From contig NC_087251.1 of the NCBI RefSeq assembly GCF_037042905.1, positions 27,156,001 through 27,220,000 of the forward strand: a stretch of DNA of 64,000 bases. Direction: 5' to 3'. Below, one piece after another: positions 54,701-63,061 of this stretch (position 1 is its first letter; the number at the start of each line of letters is the position of its first letter). Source of the DNA: Lytechinus pictus. Taxonomy: Eukaryota. Under the pieces are notes generated by a model. That model was not told the origin of the DNA. It saw nothing but the letters and a program-made list of their open reading frames with translations, and ran no database searches. The position numbers and the translations under genes are program-made.

Positions 54701-57700
54701 GCTTGAGCAAAAAGCATATCAGCTGAGAAAGAATGAGAATAAATCTACAAGAATCAGATTAAATGGTGTAAATCTGCATCTAGAGTGTAGGGAGAGAGGA
54801 TCTTCATCAGCTTGGCGTATTGTTCTTGGCTGACACACCGTAGGCCTATATGGCTTGCAGATCGAAAACATAGCAATAAAAATGTAAGAAAATGAAGACA
54901 GAAAAGATGGTGAAAATAAGCGGCAAAATAGCTTACCTTAGATATCATCAGGAATGCTTCTAATGTTTAAATTAACCTCTCGAATGGATGACGGCATGCC
55001 TTCAGATCTCGAATAATTATGTTACCATCAACGAACTTATGTTTAAAAAACCTTCATACTTGCGATCAACATGATAATCGCGTCTTTCGCTTGATCTTGT
55101 TTGTACTCAGGTTTTTTAATGCAGTGAATAGCAATTAAACGGAATGGATATAATAATAACTGTACCTCTTATAATCAGATATCTACAACTGACCAGACAG
55201 CCTTTTAAAGAGAATGTGATAAAAGATTTATTTTAAAAAGAAGGATTAAAAAAAATGTGTTTATTCATCATTCCGGAAAAAAAATCTTTTAGAAGAACTG
55301 ATTAAATCAGCATTTACGTGAGATGAGGACACAGTTCCTTTCAACGCAAGGAAAGCAATTGAACCAAGAACTTAGATGATTATTTTTTATTCTTAGTCAT
55401 TTACTTTATAACAGTATAATGATGTTACAGATTTCGTACCAACAACATAAGTATAAAGCATATTTGCTACCCTAATAATCATGAGTGACTCCAATGATTG
55501 TCTTCTGTACATCAAATTTTTCGTCGATGATGAAGTTTGCCTTCTTAGTTGCATGCATATCGAGACCTCGATCATCATTTTGTGATGAAATGATCTTCTC
55601 ATTCTGAGACAAAGGGAGGTAATATCCAGATAATACTGTTAAGATGCATTGTAGAGCATGATGTATCACTAAATCATATTGTTATCATTAAAAGAAAACT
55701 TGTTTTCTAAAATAATTGCAAACAGTTGTTTAAAGAAAATCATCAAAGCTGACTATATAGAAGGCATCTAGCCTCCTTATCGCAAAGTGCAACAACTAAG
55801 CGACGCAAATCATTCAAGATATTTTCAACACTTTTCTTTTAACAACATTAGACAAAAAAATATAAACAGAAGACAGTAAAGATCTTAGTTTTCACACTGA
55901 TCATTATGATATCGAGAATTATCTAATTAATTTTCCCGATGTTTGGAAAATCATGGCTATATATGTATAAACGTTCCATATGAAATCGTCAGGATAACCC
56001 ATCAGTATGGAAGACTATGCAATGTCATAGTAGGCCAAATTATTTCGATTATTGCAAACATTATGAATATAATAAGAACGTTGGAGTGACTTTTCATCAC
56101 TGCCGATATGTCCACGAAGTGTTTATCAGGTCTTTCAAGATACCTGAGTTGGAAGTCATGGTCTCGTTTTACTCATGTGTGTGCTATTCTTTTTTTTTTT
56201 TTTTTTTTGCTTTTTTTGCTTCGTTGAAAAGACAATTATACACTATACTCCACTATCCTCTCAATGAAAAGGGATTTTGTAAAGAGTGAGCATGGAGCTA
56301 ACACAGAGAAATAACTCCATGGAGTTGGGTATATGTATGTGTATTATTAGTTACAGTCACTGAGATTGTCATGCCTCAGACAGAGGAAAAATAACCAATG
56401 AAAGGTCTATCCATTCCACTTTTTTCATAAACACGTAAATAGTAGTGATATAAAATTGACCTTATGTGATGGTCTACAAAACTCGTCTATATGTGAATTG
56501 TGATAAAACAAGTATTTCCGTTTAAGGCAATGGAATATTCAGTTTATATTGACTGAAAGTTGTAAATATAATCATGGACCCATTACCTTTATGTGATGGG
56601 TCCATGATTTCATGAATGAATGTGTAGAAAAGGAAAGGTCTTTATATCCTTTTGGAGAACCAAATTGCTGATAAGAATCTATGGAATCGTGCCTTATGAG
56701 TCAAAATGTTTTGTTTTAGAATTAAAAAACGATATTATCAATCCTTCATTAAAACTGAGTTTATGACAAAGCCTCTTGTGTCACAAATGAAATAACCAAA
56801 ATTATACAAATACACACAAGATATTTTATATATCACTCTTTACAATAGATCATAACGATGAAAAAGGAAATAGATACCCTTGCTGTCAGCCAGATTATCA
56901 TAATTGATTTTTACATGAGGATTATTGTATGAATCTTTATGTATGAAATTTCATGGTTTTGTTTGTTTTGAAACATAATATCATTCATGTCAGTGAGGTA
57001 ATGTAACAAGATAGACTATAATGAATGTGATTATAGCAAGTATCATAACACGACAGGAATAAATGACCAATGAAAAGTCTATCCCTCGGCTTTTTTTTAC
57101 ATACACGTTAAACGGTAATGATACGAAATTGACCTGTATGCATGTGATGGTCTATAAAACTCATTGTGATTATAATGAGTATTTACTTTTAGGCTGTTTC
57201 TAATAATCACTTTATATTGACTGAAAGTTTTAAATATAACCATGGACCTGTTACATATTGTGATGGGCCCATGATTAAATAAATGTGTAGAGGAGGGTCT
57301 TTATATCCTTTTGGGGAACCACATTGCTGATAAAAATCTAAGGAATCATGCTTTATGAACCAACAAGTTATTTTTCAGAATTGAAAAGGATATTATCAAT
57401 CCCTCAATAAATCTTAGTTGATGACAAAACCTCTTGTATCACAAATGAAATAATCAAAATAATACAAATTCACCCAAGATGTTTTACACATCACTGTCTT
57501 TACAACAGATTAAAAACATGAAAAGAGGAAATAAATACCCTTGCTGTCAACCTGATAATGATAATTGATACTATATGATAACTGTTTTATGAATTTTATC
57601 GTTGTATGAAACCCTCATGGTTTTGCTGGTTTTGTAACATATTAATCTCCAGGTTAGTTTGGATTATGTAACCAGATAGAGTACTAGGACTGTGGTATTT

Positions 57701-60700
57701 CCTTTAAGGCAATGGAATATTCAGTTTATATTGACTGAAAGTTGGAAATATAATCATGGACCCATTACCTTTGTGTGACATGATTTCATGAATGAATGTG
57801 TAGAGGAGGAAGGGTATTTATCCTTTTGGAGGAACCACATTGCTGATAAGAATCTATGGAAGCATGCCTAATGTGTCAAAATGTTTTGTTTTAGAGTTGA
57901 AAACGATATTAATTGGATAATAAATAAAGTGTATAGAAACATTTTTTTTTCTTAAAAGCTCATCTGTACTGTAGGCAAAATAGTCTTAAGAATACTTGAG
58001 TTATTTTATAAATACTTGTAGCCTCCATACTCTTGTTGTATTCGAATCAATATTATTCCTAAAAGGAGGTGGTGTGCAGAAAACACCAAAAAGGCCGAAA
58101 GTCATAATTTTTATGTCTGTTTTTTTAAACTGATATCAATCACATAAATTTACAAAATATGAGAGAATATGACCCTACATCAGAGAAAGAGGGGTAAACA
58201 CTGAATTTAACTTTCGTACGATACAATGTTACTGTATCCATTATCTTACCACTCATTTCAAACAACAAAAACCATGTAAAATTTAGTTTAATGATGAGTC
58301 TGACTAAAACATGTATGATACAAATACATATACATTCGCACAATTTTCGAACTACGGCTATAAAATTAGGGGTCCGTTTCATGAGACTTGTTACAATGGC
58401 AAATTTAAAATAACAGTCATAAACTTCTAAAGTCCTTCAGTCGGATTGGCTTATAATAATTTGTTACAGAAATCTTGTATTTGTTATTGTGTCAGGTCTT
58501 TGAAAAACTGGCCGTAGGTTTACTTAATGAAATGAATCACTGGAGAATTTGCATTTAAAAGGGATTCCCCTCTTTATCTATAAACTTCATGAATAACCTT
58601 TTTTTTTTTTTTTATATAGTCCGAGATGGAAATAGATTATATTCCTTTTTGCAACCTTCGAGAATAAAGAAGAAATATAGGCCTTTATATTCTTTCCAAT
58701 CTTAGGCCCTCTTAAAGGATTGAGTCTATAGGTAGTAGTGATCTTATATTTGGGGCTTTTCTTTTTTTTTCGGATTCATTCCATAAACTGATCCGGAAAT
58801 AGGGAGGTGGATTGGCTGCTCGCTGCTCGTCACTCGGCTCCATGCGTTGTAGGGCGTCCACCTGTCTGTGTGTTTTTTTGTGTGTAAGTGAGTTTGTCAT
58901 GTTTTTGTCGTATTGTGTTTGTGTCGTTATTGTTTGTGTACAAAAAAAGAAATCTTCCGCAGGTGTTTATTTAGTATTATTCTCTTACTATGCGTATGAC
59001 GCAGGGTAATGTCACTTTTATTTCCATGAACTGTCGCGGTCTAAGAGATAACCGCAAAAGGCAAGATGTTTTATTTTACTTGAAATCAAAGAAATATGAT
59101 ATTTGTTGTATTCAAGATACACATTTTGTTCCTGAAATAGAGAATGAAATCCGCAGGGAATGGGAAGGTAAATGTTTCTTTTCTTTTAACACATCCAACT
59201 CCAGAGGGGTAGCGATTCTTTTTAAGAAAACCCTCCCTGTTGATATAAATAGATTTAAAGTAGATAACATCGGTAATTTTGTCGTTTTAGATATGTTACT
59301 GTATGAACATAATATTACTCTCGTATCGTTGTATGGCCCGAATTTAGATAATCCAATATTTTTTTCAGAGATCCAACAAACCATAATAGACTTTGATAAT
59401 CCACATACGGTAATTTGTGGAGACTGGAATTTAGTTCAAGATTTTACCTTTGATACCTATAACTACTTGCATGTAAATAACCCACGAGCAAAACAGCAAG
59501 TGGACAATATGAAAACCGATTTGGATTTATGCGACCCTTGGAGAGTTTGTTTCCCAGACAAAAGATATTATACATGGCGACAATCCACCCCCTTTAAACA
59601 GAGTAGATTAGACTTCTTTTTAATTTCTTCGGAACTCCTTTCACTTGTTCAGAAAGTTCGCATTTTTTCAGGTTATCGCACAGATCATTCTTTAGTTTGT
59701 CTAAGTCTCAACTTGAATAAGATAAAAAGAGGTCCTGGTTTTTGGAAATTCAACAATTCTCTATTGAAAAGTGATGAATTTGTTTCTAATATTAAAAAAG
59801 TAATAAAAGATACGACTATATTTTATGCGAGAGACGAAGTAAAATTTGATGAAAATGATCGAATAGTAGGTGATTGTGAATTCACTATAAACGATCAGTT
59901 ATTTTTCGAAACTTTAATGATGATAATACGAGGAGAAGCAATATCACATGCCTCCTTTGTAAAAAAACAAAATATAAACAGAGAAAAAGACTTAGAAAAG
60001 AAAATTGAAGAGCTGGGAAGAAAACTGGTGATCACCGACGATAAAATATCTATTTTGGATCAAATTGATAAAGCAAAATCAGAACTGGAAACATTCCGTT
60101 TAAAAACAAATGAAGGAATTGCGATTCGATCTCGGATTAAGTGGATGGAGTTTGGTGAAAAGCCTTCTAAATTCTTTTTAAATTTAGAAAAACAAAATTG
60201 CATTAATAAAGAAATACGTCAGTTATCCACTGAAAATGGTGATAATTTAGAAATGCAAAGTGACATAATCAATGAAATATTTAATTTTTACTCTAATCTT
60301 TATGCGGAAAAAGAAACCAACGTAAGCAACTTGGAATTATTATTAAATTTTCCTGGTATTCCTAAGTTGTCCCCTAAAATGTCTTCCTTATTAGAGGGTC
60401 CTTTAAATGTTGATGAGGTCCTTTCCGTTTTAAAGCTCATGAAAAATAGTAAATCGCCCGGACAGGATGGTTTTACCGTAGAATTTTATCGTTATTTTTG
60501 GGAAGATATTAAACATTTTTTGGTTAGATCATTAAATTATGCGTATTTTTCAGGACATATGTCTAATTCACAAAAAATGGGAATAATTACTTTAATTCCG
60601 AAAGGAAACAAACCCAGACACTTGTTAAGAAATTGGCGACCTATCTCCCTATTAAATGTTGTCTATAAAATAGCGTCCAGTTGTATAGCAAACAGACTCA

Positions 60701-62805
60701 AAGGTGTTCTGTCTTTTTTAATTCATCAAAACCAAACTGGTTTTTTGAATGGTCGCTTCATAGGTGAAAACATTCGTTTATTGTATGACACATTACTTTA
60801 CAGTGAATTACATGATATAGCTGGCATGCTTTTGGTTGTTGATTTTGAAAAAGCTTTTGATTCTGTATCACATAATTTTCTTTTCAATGTCCTGGAATTT
60901 TTTCGCTTCGGTCCATCCATTAAAAGCTGGATAAAATTGTTATATGCAGACGCAACCTCTTGTGTGTTAGTTAACGGACATTGTACAAATAGGTTTAATA
61001 TAGGAAGAGGGTGTCGTCAAGGAGATCCTTTATCTCCCTATCTTTTTTTGTTAGTCAGTGAGATTCTTGGTATTTTAATTCGACACTCAGACAAACTAGA
61101 GGGAATGCATATTAATGGGAAAACACTTAAAGTGTTACAATATGCAGATGATACCCTTTTGACACTCAATGGTTCAGAACAAGATTTAAAATGTGCTCTT
61201 GATACACTTGATGAATTTGAAAAAATATCCAACCTCAAAATTAACATAACTAAAACCCAGGTGATATGGATTGGGAAGAATAGAACTTTCAAAAAAGAGA
61301 TTTTACACGAGTACAAACTGAACTGGATTTCGGAAGGATATTTTAGGTACCTAGGTATAGACTTTTCAGTTGAACTATCAAAAATGGTCGATTACAATTA
61401 TCAAGAAAAGTTTAAAGAAATAAAACGTCAGATGGCGGTATGGCGAAAAAGATCTTTGACTCCCTTAGGGAGGGTAACCATCGTTAAATCTATATTTATA
61501 CCGAAATTGAATTACTTGTTTTTATCTTTTCCAGAACCAAAATTAGAAATTATGAATGATATTCACCGATGTTTTTACGACTTTATATGGGAAGGCAAAC
61601 CTGATAAAATAAGTAGGAAACAAATGTGTCAACCGTATAGTGAGGGTGGTGTTAGGATGACTGATATTTTTATCCATTCCAAATCATTAAAAATTTCATG
61701 GATAAGAAGGTTCCTTTCTTGTTCTGAAAATTTTACTTTTCACATGTTTCAATCATTTTTGCCTGCAGCATATACATCTTTTCAATTATTCATGGGGGCT
61801 GAGCATTATAAATCACTTGCTATATCAATGAATAACCCATTTTGGGCACAGGTATTGTTGGCCTTTTCAGATCTTTCCCGCCTTATTGTTGATGACGTTG
61901 CATGTCAAGCCCTTTGGAATAATCCAAAAATTAAAATGAATAATAATGTAATATTTTTCAGGTCTTGGTGTGCTAATGGGGTGCGTTTTGTTAATGATAT
62001 TTTGGGAACAGATGGAAAATTTCTCTCATATTTTGATTTTCAACGCAAATACAATGTACACGTCAATTTTCTTCAATATCATGGCCTGTGCAGCGCCATT
62101 CGATATGGTTTCAATAAACATGTAATACCAAAAGCTATGGAACCTATTATTCCAGAAGCATTATTTTTGATAATTAAAGTAAAAAAAGGTTGTGCTCACA
62201 TTTACAATATTTTTTTGAAGTATAAGTTGAAAGATTGTAAAAGTCTCATCAAATGGAAACAGACGTTTGACTTTGACAACACGATATGGAGGTTCTACTA
62301 TCAAATACCTTTTTATTCAACTGCAGATGTCAACATGAGATGGTTTCAGTTCAAAATAGTGAATAGAATTATTTATATGAAAGATGCTTTGTTACGATTT
62401 AAATTTGTTACAGATAACTTATGTACCTTTTGTTATAATTATGAAGAAACTATTATGCATATTTTTTGTTCTTGTGCCCACACAAACGAAATATGGTCTC
62501 AACTCGAAATTTGGTTTTCTCGTAACAATTTGAATATCAAAATTTCAAACCAGAATAAACTATTCGGTTTTTACGGAAACAACAATGGTGCTCTTAATTA
62601 TATTTTTATAATCGTTAGAAAAGAAATTTTTGCAGCAAAATGCAAACACTGTCTTCCAGTTTTCGACCATATTTTGTCTGAAATAAAATCTTATTATGGT
62701 ATGGAAAAGTATATATATAAAACAAATCTGAAAGAGAAGAAATTCATAAAAAGGTGGTCATCTTTTACTTTATTACATTAAGTATATCAGATATCATTCT
62801 AAAAT

Positions 62806-62847
<42 letters not shown>

Positions 62848-63030
62848 TATGGATTTTTTCTTTCCTTTGCACTTTGATTTTGCTTTTTGTATACAAATGT
62901 TACGACAATTTCATGGAATATTGTATTGTACATATTCAACTTGTGTGTCATATACTGTGTTAATTATTTAATCATGTATTGTCAAAAAATATGTATTATA
63001 GTGATTTCAATAAAAGACCCCTGTGGAAGG

Positions 63031-63061
<31 letters not shown>

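Larger units (their letters stand above)
53672..63057 (+). mobile_element. Full-length L1/Tx1-clade LINE, 9386 bp, antisense within an intron of the RGS-like gene
   Basis: TSD aaaattggtat at 53661-53671 and 63058-63068; bottom-strand nick site TTTT/GA; AATAAA at 63009; poly(A) from 63035; two intact ORFs. Confidence 0.95.

Noticed and set aside
55480-55620. Box C/D snoRNA
   Set aside because: Isolated tgatga/ctga motifs are expected by chance, with no convincing terminal stem or spacing.
56660-56700. Hammerhead ribozyme in the spacer repeats
   Set aside because: ctgataag does not fit the CUGANGA core and I could not build the three stems.
53811-62781. ORF1 and ORF2 as two independent insertions
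   Set aside because: One exact TSD brackets both, and I saw no internal plus-strand poly(A)/TSD pair; not formally excluded without other copies.
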